Part shown: positions 7,997 through 16,449 of the stretch, piece after piece
Layout of the letters: each line of letters opens with the position of its first letter
How positions within the stretch are numbered: position 1 is the stretch's first letter
IMG/VR virus record: IMGVR_UViG_3300021197_001703
DNA length: 20,000 nucleotides
From: an uncultured virus (IMG/VR IMGVR_UViG_3300021197_001703)
Taxonomy: Duplodnaviria > Heunggongvirae > Uroviricota > Caudoviricetes
Strand: one strand, 5' to 3'
Notes under the pieces: generated by a model
The model's database searches: none
What the model was told of the DNA's origin: nothing
What the model saw: the letters and a program-made list of their open reading frames with translations, nothing else
Program-made: the position numbers and the translations under genes

Positions 7997-9415
7997 AAAT
8001 TGTATGCGCCACGCTCCATTCCGGTATTCGCCTTCAATGGATTTGACCCATTCTGAGCCAGTCCATTTGTATTGGATACCTGTATTTAGATTGGTTGTAA
8101 ATTTGATATCTGATTGTGTACTTGAATCAAATAGTATTGTCCATGCTGTACCAGTCCATTCAATAATGTCATTTTCATCTGCTACAAAGTCTGTGCCATC
8201 ATTGTTTTTCCAAGCATCAGCGCCATCAGTGTTTGTTGCACTACCAATAGGACCTAATAATAATACCCTAATCCCATTAACTGATTTAATAGTAGTTGGA
8301 TTAAAGTTAAGAGGATCAATAATATAATCTATTTTATTTCTATCACCAGTTGATCCAGTAATAACCATATCACTTGGAATAGTATCTTCGTCCCAATTAA
8401 TAGTTAACGTTGATTCGTCGGTTGGATTAACTGCTACAGTTCCATTAACACTTTGATTAACGTCTGCCCTTGTTAATTGTATTTGGCTTAGTCCTGATCT
8501 AAATGTACCTGGTAACGCTTCAAAGAACCCATTCCAGTTAGTATTACCAACAATGCCTTTGTGTATAAGTTGTGCAGTATTACCTAACACAAGTACATCA
8601 TAATCGTTGTATGCTGTAACAGAAAGTCCTGCACTATCTTTACGTGTAATAGTTCCGTCTTTATCTTGTTGAAATACACCTTCAGCAAATTCGTCATTGT
8701 AACGTTTAAGTTCAGGCATAGTAGCACCAAGGTCAACATTACCTGTATCTTCGTTAAAGATACTCATTATAATATTTGTTATAACACCAAGTTTTTTAAC
8801 TTTAACTGGAGGCGAAATGTATATAGGTGCACTAAACGTTAATGACCCAACATCAATTTCGCTTTCAGTACCTGTAGGCATTGACCTACTACTAAAGTTT
8901 ACAGCATCTAAGTCAACTACACTTAAACTTGTCCAGTCAATATAGTTGTCAGTAGTTTGTATTTCTAAACTCGGGTTGAACAGCATTAATATCTGTTCCA
9001 TAATTTGTAATTTTTGTTCTGTGTTAGTTGACCATACGTCAGCGTTAACAGTTAACTTGTAAGGTGTAGGCATTAAACGCTCTACTGTTACATTTTTACC
9101 TTGTGTGTTTAAGTATTCGTTGTTTACACTATCATAATCTCTTTCACGCAAGTGTACCTTACCAACAAATGAAGCATCTGCAAGTCTATCTCTATCTAAT
9201 TCTAATCCTGTAATGTAAACACCAATACGTGGTGCACTTGGAATTTTATTTTCACTATTGTCTCTAAGAATATGCCCAACCTGACGAGTAATATCTCCGT
9301 ACATCACAGGTACTTGTGTTAACTCGCCCTTACCGTCTTTGTAAGAGAAGTTACTCATTAGTCTAACCATTTGAGTAATGTATCTTCTTATTTGCCCATC
9401 ATAAAAATGTTGCAT
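7994..9415 (-). CDS. gp15: Tail sheath stabiliser / tail completion protein (T4 gp15-like) with C-terminal extension
   Basis: MQHFYDGQIRRY, VPVMYG, PRIGVYITGLELD.DR and PTPYKLTVNADVWSTNTEQKLQIMEQILMLFNP match gp15-family motifs. It has a TAATG overlap with the upstream gp14-like gene. Confidence 0.75.
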   Translation of the reverse strand: MQHFYDGQIRRYITQMVRLMSNFSYKDGKGELTQVPVMYGDITRQVGHILRDNSENKIPSAPRIGVYITGLELDRDRLADASFVGKVHLRERDYDSVNNEYLNTQGKNVTVERLMPTPYKLTVNADVWSTNTEQKLQIMEQILMLFNPSLEIQTTDNYIDWTSLSVVDLDAVNFSSRSMPTGTESEIDVGSLTFSAPIYISPPVKVKKLGVITNIIMSIFNEDTGNVDLGATMPELKRYNDEFAEGVFQQDKDGTITRKDSAGLSVTAYNDYDVLVLGNTAQLIHKGIVGNTNWNGFFEALPGTFRSGLSQIQLTRADVNQSVNGTVAVNPTDESTLTINWDEDTIPSDMVITGSTGDRNKIDYIIDPLNFNPTTIKSVNGIRVLLLGPIGSATNTDGADAWKNNDGTDFVADENDIIEWTGTAWTILFDSSTQSDIKFTTNLNTGIQYKWTGSEWVKSIEGEYRNGAWRIQF

Positions 9416-10572
9416 TAGTTATCCGCCTTTGGTTTCATTGCTTTACTTAAACTTTGTCGTTCAACAATAGTTTGACCAGCAATAGTTCCTGAGTTTGTAT
9501 TATTAATAAATCCAGTTTTATGTGTATTTCTTGTATCTTTGTTTGATAAGTCCATACGCACTTTGTCTTCCATTTTAACCCAACGCTGTCCATCAAATCT
9601 AAATAATCTATTTGGCATAAGATCAGTTCTTAAGAAGTAATCGCCTTTAGTTGTTGCAGTTGGGAAACCAGTGCCATGTCCAAATGCTTCTCCGTTTGGT
9701 GGAATACCGTCACCTAATAAGTAACCTTGATAACCTTCTCTGTCTGGTGTTTGATTAACTCTATCTGCAAATTCTCCAGCAGTACTTGCATCTAATGTAT
9801 TAATATCAGTAGTAACAAGTTCTGGTTTTCCTTCTGCGTCTGTTTGAAGTGTGTATAATGAAGTTGTATCATAACCTGACTGTGGTGAATCTGCTTCTGC
9901 TTGATTTAGAATAGCATTATTAATTTGCATTTCCTTATCATATGTACTAAGAACATCACGCAGTGTTTGTGACGATCCTTCTTCTGTTGGTAAATCAAGT
10001 ATATCTTTAAATTCTTGTGAGTCAACAATTTGTTTCATTTTTACACGATACAAATGTGGGTACCAAGTTTGACTAAATCCTTCTGCCGCTCTGTTTACAT
10101 CTTCAACAACATAGAAACGTTTTAGTGCTACTTGATAATCATTAAGAGCATGTTCATCTTTTAAGTGAGGTAGTTCAAGTACATCACCTGGCATAATTTT
10201 TCTTCCAAGTGTTTTTACACTATAATTAATTGGTATAGTCATAAACAATGTGTCGTTGGTTAAGAATAAACCAAATTGACTCATGTCAAAATCAACATCT
10301 TGGGTATTATATATTCCACGCATAACATAGATATCCGGATCATACTTTCTATCACGGTTTTCCATGAATAGCATGTCCTGTATATTCGTTTCTTTTACAG
10401 CATCATAGCGAGGCTGTGACGGAGTAGCATCTGCTTCGTCTGGATTCTTAGGACCTAAGTACTTGTGTACAAAAACATCGGTTCCGCCAACTGTAAACAT
10501 CTCTGTTATAGTCTTATCAAGGAAATCGTAGTCTTTGCCCTTCTCGGGTTTGTATAAACTTATTCTCGGCAT
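9415..10572 (-). CDS. gp14: Neck protein (T4 gp14-like), 385 aa
   Basis: The likely start is MPRISLY at 10572, because the longer ORF start overlaps gp13 and the promoter region. Motifs include DMLFMENRDRKY, FDMSQFGLFLTNDTLFMT, MPGDVLELPH and FYVVEDV. Its position between gp13-like and gp15-like genes supports the call. Confidence 0.65.
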   Translation of the reverse strand: MPRISLYKPEKGKDYDFLDKTITEMFTVGGTDVFVHKYLGPKNPDEADATPSQPRYDAVKETNIQDMLFMENRDRKYDPDIYVMRGIYNTQDVDFDMSQFGLFLTNDTLFMTIPINYSVKTLGRKIMPGDVLELPHLKDEHALNDYQVALKRFYVVEDVNRAAEGFSQTWYPHLYRVKMKQIVDSQEFKDILDLPTEEGSSQTLRDVLSTYDKEMQINNAILNQAEADSPQSGYDTTSLYTLQTDAEGKPELVTTDINTLDASTAGEFADRVNQTPDREGYQGYLLGDGIPPNGEAFGHGTGFPTATTKGDYFLRTDLMPNRLFRFDGQRWVKMEDKVRMDLSNKDTRNTHKTGFINNTNSGTIAGQTIVERQSLSKAMKPKADN

Positions 10573-10580
10573 TGTACTTG

Positions 10581-10601
10581 TATTTATCGAACGCATAAAT
10601 A
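10581..10601. promoter_or_regulatory. Back-to-back divergent late promoters: GATAAATA (- strand, 10581-10588) and CATAAATA (+ strand, 10594-10601)
   Basis: Two T4-late-like (TATAAATA) boxes lie 5 nt apart in the 48-nt gap between the divergent gp14 and gp13 genes. No -35 elements are evident. Confidence 0.7.
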
Positions 10602-10620
10602 CTAATGGAGACGAAAGATT

Positions 10621-11379
10621 ATGGCAAATATAACAACAGCAAAACAAGAAGTATTTGATTATGTAAACGCAATGTTAGGCGGAGGCATGATTGATGTTGA
10701 ACTTGATCCAGAGCACTACGAAATAGCGATTAGAGCATCATTTGACAAATTCCGTCAAAGAAGTGATAATTCAGTTGAAGAGTCATATATGTTTCTTGAT
10801 CTGGTACTTGATCAGAATGAATACACACTACCAGATGAGGTGGTTGAAGTACGTCAAATGTTTAGACGTTCAATTGGTTCAAGAACAGGTGGAGGCGATG
10901 GCGGCACATTGTTTGAGCCATTCAATTTAGCCTACACGAACACTTACTTGTTATCAAGTTCTAACATGGGTGGTTTAGCAACATACAATTTGTTTGCTGG
11001 TTACCAAGAACTTGTAGGACGTATGTTTGGTTCATTTATCGAATTTACTTGGAACACAGCAACTAAAAAATTAACTGTGCTACAAAGACCAAGAACAGGC
11101 GAAAATGTTTTAATTCAAGCATACAACTATAGACCAGACTTCCAAATACTTACAGACTACCTTTCAAAGCAGTGGATCAAAGATTATACACTTGCTAAAT
11201 GTAAGTTTATGCTTGGTGAAGCAAGAAGTAAATTTGCCACTATTGCAGGACCACAGGGTGGATCAACACTTAACGGTGATGCACTCAAAGCAGAAGCACA
11301 AGCCGAAATGGACAAACTTGAAGAAGACCTAAAATTACAGGTTGCAGGTGGTGTTGGTTACGGTTTCAGTATTGGTTAA
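10621..11379 (+). CDS. gp13: Neck / head-tail adaptor protein (T4 gp13-like)
   Basis: LGGGMIDVELDPEH near the N-terminus and WIKDYTLAKCKFMLGEARSKF...GGSTLNGDALKAEAQAEMDKLEEDL near the C-terminus are gp13-family hallmarks. A GGAG SD lies at 10607-10610. Confidence 0.8.
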   Translation: MANITTAKQEVFDYVNAMLGGGMIDVELDPEHYEIAIRASFDKFRQRSDNSVEESYMFLDLVLDQNEYTLPDEVVEVRQMFRRSIGSRTGGGDGGTLFEPFNLAYTNTYLLSSSNMGGLATYNLFAGYQELVGRMFGSFIEFTWNTATKKLTVLQRPRTGENVLIQAYNYRPDFQILTDYLSKQWIKDYTLAKCKFMLGEARSKFATIAGPQGGSTLNGDALKAEAQAEMDKLEEDLKLQVAGGVGYGFSIG

Positions 11380-11386
11380 AAAGTAC

Positions 11387-11415
11387 TTGACAAAAGCATA
11401 AATTTATACTATACT
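11387..11415 (+). promoter_or_regulatory. Sigma70-type (early/middle) promoter for the dNMP kinase
   Basis: TTGACA (11387-11392), a 17-nt spacer and TATACT (11410-11415). An AGGAG SD precedes GTG 11449. Confidence 0.85.
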
Positions 11416-11448
11416 ATAACTTAAAATAAACTTATAGGAGTATTATTT

Positions 11449-12060
11449 GTGCTAATAGGCATTTGCGGTTTAATTGGATCTGGTAAAGACACAGTCGCTC
11501 AAAATTTAATAGATAATCATAACTTTGTAAAGATATCATTTGCTGACAAACTAAAAGACGCAGTTGGTGTTATGTTCAATTGGGATAGAACACTACTTGA
11601 TGGCAAAACTGATGAGTCAAGGAATTGGCGTGAGCAAATAGACCAATATTGGACACAAGAAACAGGTAGAGAAATTACACCAAGACTTGTATTACAAGAA
11701 TTTGGTACAGAATGTATGCGTAATGGATTTTACGATGGCATTTGGGTAAGTCTTACTAAAAAGCACATTATAGATAATCCTAATACAAACTTTGTAATAC
11801 CAGATGTACGTTTTCCTAACGAAGCAAAAATGTTATACGAAATAAACGGAGAAGTTTGGCGTGTAAAACGTGGACAAGATCCTATCTGGTTTAGAATATA
11901 TCAAGATGTTGGTGTTGAGCCTAAGGATGTACATGCATCTGAGTGGGCCTGGGCACATACAAAGTTTTCACAGACTATTGATAATAATGGTACGTTATTA
12001 GATCTTAAAAATCAGGTTCAAGATCGCCTTGTTTCCAACGTGACCCCTCTCTCTGTATAG
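11449..12060 (+). CDS. Deoxynucleoside monophosphate kinase (T4 gp1-like)
   Basis: P-loop GLIGSGKDT plus SFADKLKD, TPRLVLQEFGTE, VIPDVRFPNE and HASE motifs. Confidence 0.9.
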   Translation: MLIGICGLIGSGKDTVAQNLIDNHNFVKISFADKLKDAVGVMFNWDRTLLDGKTDESRNWREQIDQYWTQETGREITPRLVLQEFGTECMRNGFYDGIWVSLTKKHIIDNPNTNFVIPDVRFPNEAKMLYEINGEVWRVKRGQDPIWFRIYQDVGVEPKDVHASEWAWAHTKFSQTIDNNGTLLDLKNQVQDRLVSNVTPLSV

Positions 12061-12343
12061 CAATCTGACAATTACTACAAATAGTTTTCATATTACTGGG
12101 TCTATTGTTATTTAGATCACCGTCAAGGTGAAACACTCGCATTTGCTCTCTATATATGGCTTTGAAATTACATTTTTCACAATGGGTTTTCTGTCTATAA
12201 CCAGCAAGATACCATTTTGGTTCACCCAGTTCTTTACCCTTGTTGCGAACACATATATCGCACTTGGTTCTATAAAAAGTCTTGTTGCCTTTCTTATAAT
12301 TAACAGCAACAGGTCTTTTACCGCACTTGCATAAAGGTCTCAT
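12005..12343 (-). CDS. Zinc-binding HNH-like protein (degenerate HNH motif)
   Basis: Has CKC, CDIC, CEKC and CSNC cysteine pairs. VFHLDGDLNNNRPSNMKTICSNCQ parallels the HNH pattern HH.DG...NN...NL..LC..CH. It has its own TAAATA box 5 nt upstream. Confidence 0.65.
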   Translation of the reverse strand: MRPLCKCGKRPVAVNYKKGNKTFYRTKCDICVRNKGKELGEPKWYLAGYRQKTHCEKCNFKAIYREQMRVFHLDGDLNNNRPSNMKTICSNCQIAIQREGSRWKQGDLEPDF

Positions 12344-12348
12344 ACTTG

Positions 12349-12355
12349 TATTTAC
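12349..12355 (-). promoter_or_regulatory. Putative late promoter GTAAATA (leaderless arrangement)
   Basis: The minus strand reads GTAAATA-CAAGT-ATG. Confidence 0.6.
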
Positions 12356-12412
12356 CTACCCTTTTGATGCCCTTTTTCAATAGGTGTTTTGGATACTTTT
12401 ATTGCAACGTTG

Positions 12413-12419
12413 CTAAATA
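12413..12419 (+). promoter_or_regulatory. Putative late promoter CTAAATA for the tail sheath
   Basis: TAAATA at 12414-12419, followed by an AGGAG SD and ATG 12449. Confidence 0.65.
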
Positions 12420-12448
12420 CATATAATAAGTTCAACAGGAGAACAAAT

Positions 12449-15400
12449 ATGGCAAACTTAGTATCACCCGGAGTACAGGTCAGCGTTATAGATGAAAGTT
12501 TCTATACACCTGCTGAACCAGGGACTACCCCAATGATTTTTGTTGCAACGGCGCAAGATAAAGCGAACGCCAGTGCAACAGGTACAGCAAGAGGAACAAC
12601 GAAAGCGAATGCTGGAGTTCCGTTTTTGCTTACATCACAAAGAGATTTATCCGAAACTTTTGGAGATCCTTTATTTTATACAGATAACAACAATAACCCA
12701 ATTCATGGATCAGAGATTAATGAATATGGTCTACAAGCGGCTTACTCATACTTAGGAGTTTCCAACAGAGCATTTGTTGTAAGAGCAGATATTGACTTAA
12801 ACGAGTTACAAGCAACTGCTACTGCACCAGCGGCTGATCCGGCTGATGGAACTTACTGGTTTGATACGCAAATTAGTAGAATGGGCATTTTTGAGTGGAA
12901 CGGCAACGCCGCTACTACTACAGGTGGACAAACGTTCACTATGAAAACACCTACAGTTATTACAGACGCAACTAAATTAGTTGGCGCACAAGCAACAGGT
13001 GCTCCTTTAGCATCAGTTGGTGCAATTGGTGACTACGTAACAGTAGCAACAACTACAATTAATAAAACATACTACAAAAACACAAGTGGTACTTGGGTTA
13101 AAGTTGGAACTGACGCATGGCAGGCAAGTTGGCCAACAGCAGTTGCAGGTACAAGTAATCCAACTGTAACAGGTGGTAAAACTTTAACTATTAACAGTAA
13201 TACAATTACAGCATCAGGTACAGCGTTATCAGATGTTGTTAGTGATATTAATGGCGCAGGTATTGCAGGCGTAACAGCAAGTGCAGTAAACAGCAGATTG
13301 AACATTTTTTCAACTGGTGTTGCTCTTGTAATTGCAGACGGTACAGGTTTAGCGGCTGAAGTTGGTTTAACAGCGGCAACTTACAATGCACCTAAATTAG
13401 AAATAGCACCTCACACTGGTGTTCCAGAATTTAAAACAGCAGACACAACACCAAGACCAAGCGGAAGTATTTGGTTTAAAACTACTGACGCAAACTTAGG
13501 TGCTAAACTTTCTGTTAAAGAATGGAATGGTACTACTGAACTATGGGACAACAAATCAGTTCCAATGTATGCAAACAATATGTCAGCATTAAAAGGCTTA
13601 GATTCAACAGGTGGAGGTGTAAACCTTTCAGTTGATACTTACTATGCTCAAACAAATGTTACTGAAGGCGCAAGTCCAGAGTATGATTTTAAAATCTTTA
13701 AAAGAGTTGCTACTGGATCTACTAAGATTACATCAGCAATTATTACTGATCAAGTATCTGCGGCAACTTATACATTTACAATGAGCGAGTCAACTACTAA
13801 CTCAAATGTAATGAGTGCGGCAGTAACAGTTTCGGCTGTTGCAACAGGCGCGGCGTCAGACGCTGAAGAAATTGCAGGTCAAATTAACAGTGCTGGCTTT
13901 ACTAATATCATAGCAAGTGTAGACGCTTCAAACAGAGTTGTAATTGAACACAACGATGGTGGAGAGATTAGAATTGTTGATACCGATGGTGGATTAACAT
14001 TAGCAGGATTTACTCCATATGTTGATGCAAACACAGGTACAGCGAACTTATACTATGTTCCAGGAACAGATAGTTCAACTAATCCTAAGCAGTTTATGGC
14101 TTCGAATTGGCAAGTACTATCATACACAGCAAGTGATGATGCACCAAGTGCATTAGCATTAGATGGTCAGTTATGGTACAATAGTATTGTTGACGAAGCA
14201 GACATTATGTTACACAACGGAACTACTTGGGTAGGTTACCAAGATAGCTCAACAGGCTTTCCAAACAGTTCACCAAATGGTCCAATTGTTAGTGCTACAC
14301 AACCAACTACACAGTCAGATGGTTCAGCACTTGTAAACGGAGACCTTTGGATTAGTACAGCAGACTTAGAAAACTATCCTGTAATTTACCAATACAATGG
14401 AACTACATTGAAATGGGTATTAAGAGATAGCACAGACCAAACTACAGAGAATGGTGTGTTGTTTAGTGATGCACGTTATAACACTTCAGGTGCTAACAGT
14501 GGATCAGCAGGTACTATTGCAGACTTAGCGGCAAGTAATTACTTAGACCCAGATGCTCCAGATCCAGCACTATATCCAAAAGGTATGTTGTTATGGAACT
14601 TAAGACGTTCTGGATTTAACGTTAAGAAATTTGTACGTAACTCAATTGACGTAGCAGAAGATAATGCACGTAACGGCGACGAATCAATGGCGGCTTACTA
14701 TCCACATAGATGGGTAACTGAAAGTGCTAACCAAAGTGATGGTTCAGGTACATTCGGTCGTAAGGCACAGCGTAAAGTTGTTGTACAAGCGTTACAGGCA
14801 CTAATGAATAGCAACCAAGACATTAGAGATAACGAATCAAGAATCTTTAACTTATTAGCAACTCCTGGTTATCCAGAGCTAATTGGTGAAATGGTTACAT
14901 TGAACAATGACAGAGGCTTAACAGCATTTGTTGTTGGTGACTCTCCAATGAGATTAGCAAGTGATGCCACAGGAATTAACAACTGGGCAACTAACGTTAA
15001 TGGTGCTGTTGAAGATAACGACAATGGATTAGTAACAAGTGATGAGTACTTAGGTGTGTTTTATCCAAGTTTATTCACAAGTGATAATGCAGGAAACAAC
15101 GTAGTTGTTCCAGCATCACATGGTATACTAAGAACTATTGCATTAAGTGATCAAGTTAGTTACCCATGGTTTGCTCCAGCAGGAACAAGACGTGGTGGAA
15201 TTACTAACGCTTCAAGTGCAGGCTTTATTAATAACGAAGGCGAGTTTAAAACAGTTGCTCTAAACGAAGGTCAAAGAGATACATTGTATAGCAACAAGGT
15301 TAACCCAGTAACATTCTTAACTGGTGCAGGTCTTGTTAACTTTGGTCAAAAGACAAGAGCAAAAAATGCAAGTTCATTAGATAGAATTAACGTTGCACGT

Positions 15401-15697
15401 TTAGTAATTTATTTACGTGGACAGTTAAACAAACTTGCTAAGCCTTACATTTTTGAACCTAATGATAAGATCACAAGAGACGAGATCAAACAGCAGGCTG
15501 ACAGTTTAATGCTTGAGCTTGTAGGACAAAGAGCGTTATATGACTTCTTAGTTGTGTGTGACGAAAGTAACAACACTCCATCAAGAATTGATAGAAACGA
15601 ACTTTATGTAGACATTGCAATTGAACCAGTGAAAGCAGTGGAATTCATTTACATTCCATTAAGACTTAAAAACACTGGAGAAATAGCGGGCCTATAA
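12449..15697 (+). CDS. gp18: Contractile tail sheath protein (T4 gp18-like), 1082 aa
   Basis: N-terminal LVSPGVQVSVIDES and ETFGDP. C-terminal YPWFAPAGTRRG, RDTLYSNKVNPV, GQKT, LDRINVARL, FEPND and VVCDESNNTPSRIDRNELYVDIAIEPVKAVEFIYI. The start was reassigned to the ATG with an AGGAG SD. Confidence 0.95.
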   Translation: MANLVSPGVQVSVIDESFYTPAEPGTTPMIFVATAQDKANASATGTARGTTKANAGVPFLLTSQRDLSETFGDPLFYTDNNNNPIHGSEINEYGLQAAYSYLGVSNRAFVVRADIDLNELQATATAPAADPADGTYWFDTQISRMGIFEWNGNAATTTGGQTFTMKTPTVITDATKLVGAQATGAPLASVGAIGDYVTVATTTINKTYYKNTSGTWVKVGTDAWQASWPTAVAGTSNPTVTGGKTLTINSNTITASGTALSDVVSDINGAGIAGVTASAVNSRLNIFSTGVALVIADGTGLAAEVGLTAATYNAPKLEIAPHTGVPEFKTADTTPRPSGSIWFKTTDANLGAKLSVKEWNGTTELWDNKSVPMYANNMSALKGLDSTGGGVNLSVDTYYAQTNVTEGASPEYDFKIFKRVATGSTKITSAIITDQVSAATYTFTMSESTTNSNVMSAAVTVSAVATGAASDAEEIAGQINSAGFTNIIASVDASNRVVIEHNDGGEIRIVDTDGGLTLAGFTPYVDANTGTANLYYVPGTDSSTNPKQFMASNWQVLSYTASDDAPSALALDGQLWYNSIVDEADIMLHNGTTWVGYQDSSTGFPNSSPNGPIVSATQPTTQSDGSALVNGDLWISTADLENYPVIYQYNGTTLKWVLRDSTDQTTENGVLFSDARYNTSGANSGSAGTIADLAASNYLDPDAPDPALYPKGMLLWNLRRSGFNVKKFVRNSIDVAEDNARNGDESMAAYYPHRWVTESANQSDGSGTFGRKAQRKVVVQALQALMNSNQDIRDNESRIFNLLATPGYPELIGEMVTLNNDRGLTAFVVGDSPMRLASDATGINNWATNVNGAVEDNDNGLVTSDEYLGVFYPSLFTSDNAGNNVVVPASHGILRTIALSDQVSYPWFAPAGTRRGGITNASSAGFINNEGEFKTVALNEGQRDTLYSNKVNPVTFLTGAGLVNFGQKTRAKNASSLDRINVARLVIYLRGQLNKLAKPYIFEPNDKITRDEIKQQADSLMLELVGQRALYDFLVVCDESNNTPSRIDRNELYVDIAIEPVKAVEFIYIPLRLKNTGEIAGL

Positions 15698-15700
15698 TAT

Positions 15701-15708
15701 GATAAATA
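15701..15708 (+). promoter_or_regulatory. Putative late promoter GATAAATA for the tail tube
   Basis: Lies between the sheath stop and the AGGAG SD / ATG 15729. Confidence 0.65.
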
Positions 15709-15728
15709 AAAGTAATAGGAGCAAATAA

Positions 15729-16358
15729 ATGGCAATTTCATCACTTTCAAGACTAACAGTACCTTTGGACAGCAATTCATCTGCAAGTTCACAAGGTTTG
15801 TTAATGCCAAAATTGCAGTACCGCTTCAGGGTGTCACTGGAAAATTTTGGAGTGTCAACACCAACTACTGAGTTAACGAAACAAGTTGTCGATGTAACAA
15901 GACCTAACGTAACTTTTGAACAGATTACACTTGATGTATACAACTCAAAAGTATTCCTTGCAGGAAAACATACTTGGGAACCAATTACATTGAACTTACG
16001 TGAAGATGTAAGTAACAACGTTCAGAAACTTGTTGGCGAACAGTTGCAGAAACAGTTTGATTTCTTTGAACAATCAAGTGCGGCATCAGGAGCAGACTAC
16101 AAATTCGTTACACGTATTGAAATATTAGACGGTGGTAACGGTGCAAACACAGTTAATGTGCTTGAGACATTTGAGTTATATGGTTGTTATTTAGAATCAG
16201 CAAACTACAATCAGTTAGCATACGCAACATCAGACGTAGTTAGTGTAGCATTAAGTATTAGATACGATAACGCTGTACAATCACCACAAGGAACAGGAAT
16301 TGGTACTGCTGTAGGCAGAACTATCAACACACTTGTTACTGGCGGTGGCGCAGTATAA
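15729..16358 (+). CDS. gp19: Tail tube protein (T4 gp19-like)
   Basis: Directly downstream of the sheath. Has PKLQYRFRV, VTRPNVTFE, LAGKHTWEPITLNLRED and ETFELYGCY...LSIRYDNA tube-fold motifs. Confidence 0.85.
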   Translation: MAISSLSRLTVPLDSNSSASSQGLLMPKLQYRFRVSLENFGVSTPTTELTKQVVDVTRPNVTFEQITLDVYNSKVFLAGKHTWEPITLNLREDVSNNVQKLVGEQLQKQFDFFEQSSAASGADYKFVTRIEILDGGNGANTVNVLETFELYGCYLESANYNQLAYATSDVVSVALSIRYDNAVQSPQGTGIGTAVGRTINTLVTGGGAV

Positions 16359-16388
16359 TCAAGTTTAACAGTTTTAAAATAAACATGG

Positions 16389-16412
16389 AAAAGGCGCTTA
16401 GGCGCCTTTTTT
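16389..16412 (+). terminator. Rho-independent terminator after the tail tube gene (possibly bidirectional)
   Basis: Hairpin AAAAGGCGC-TTAG-GCGCCTTTT, with the 3' T run extending to six T. Confidence 0.9.
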
Positions 16413-16436
16413 ATTCTATACCCACTTTATTTTTTA

Positions 16437-16444
16437 GATAAATA
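16437..16444 (+). promoter_or_regulatory. Putative late promoter GATAAATA (leaderless arrangement)
   Basis: GATAAATA-TTAGT-ATG lies just after the terminator. No SD sequence is visible upstream. Confidence 0.7.
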
Positions 16445-16449
16445 TTAGT

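Noticed and set aside
10573..10647. N-terminal extension MFCCCYICHN... of the gp14-like ORF
   Set aside because: It overlaps gp13 on the opposite strand and covers both promoter boxes. ATG 10572 is the more plausible start.
12389..12448. TTG start for the tail sheath
   Set aside because: It lies upstream of the late box. ATG 12449 has an AGGAG SD and gives the canonical sheath N-terminus.
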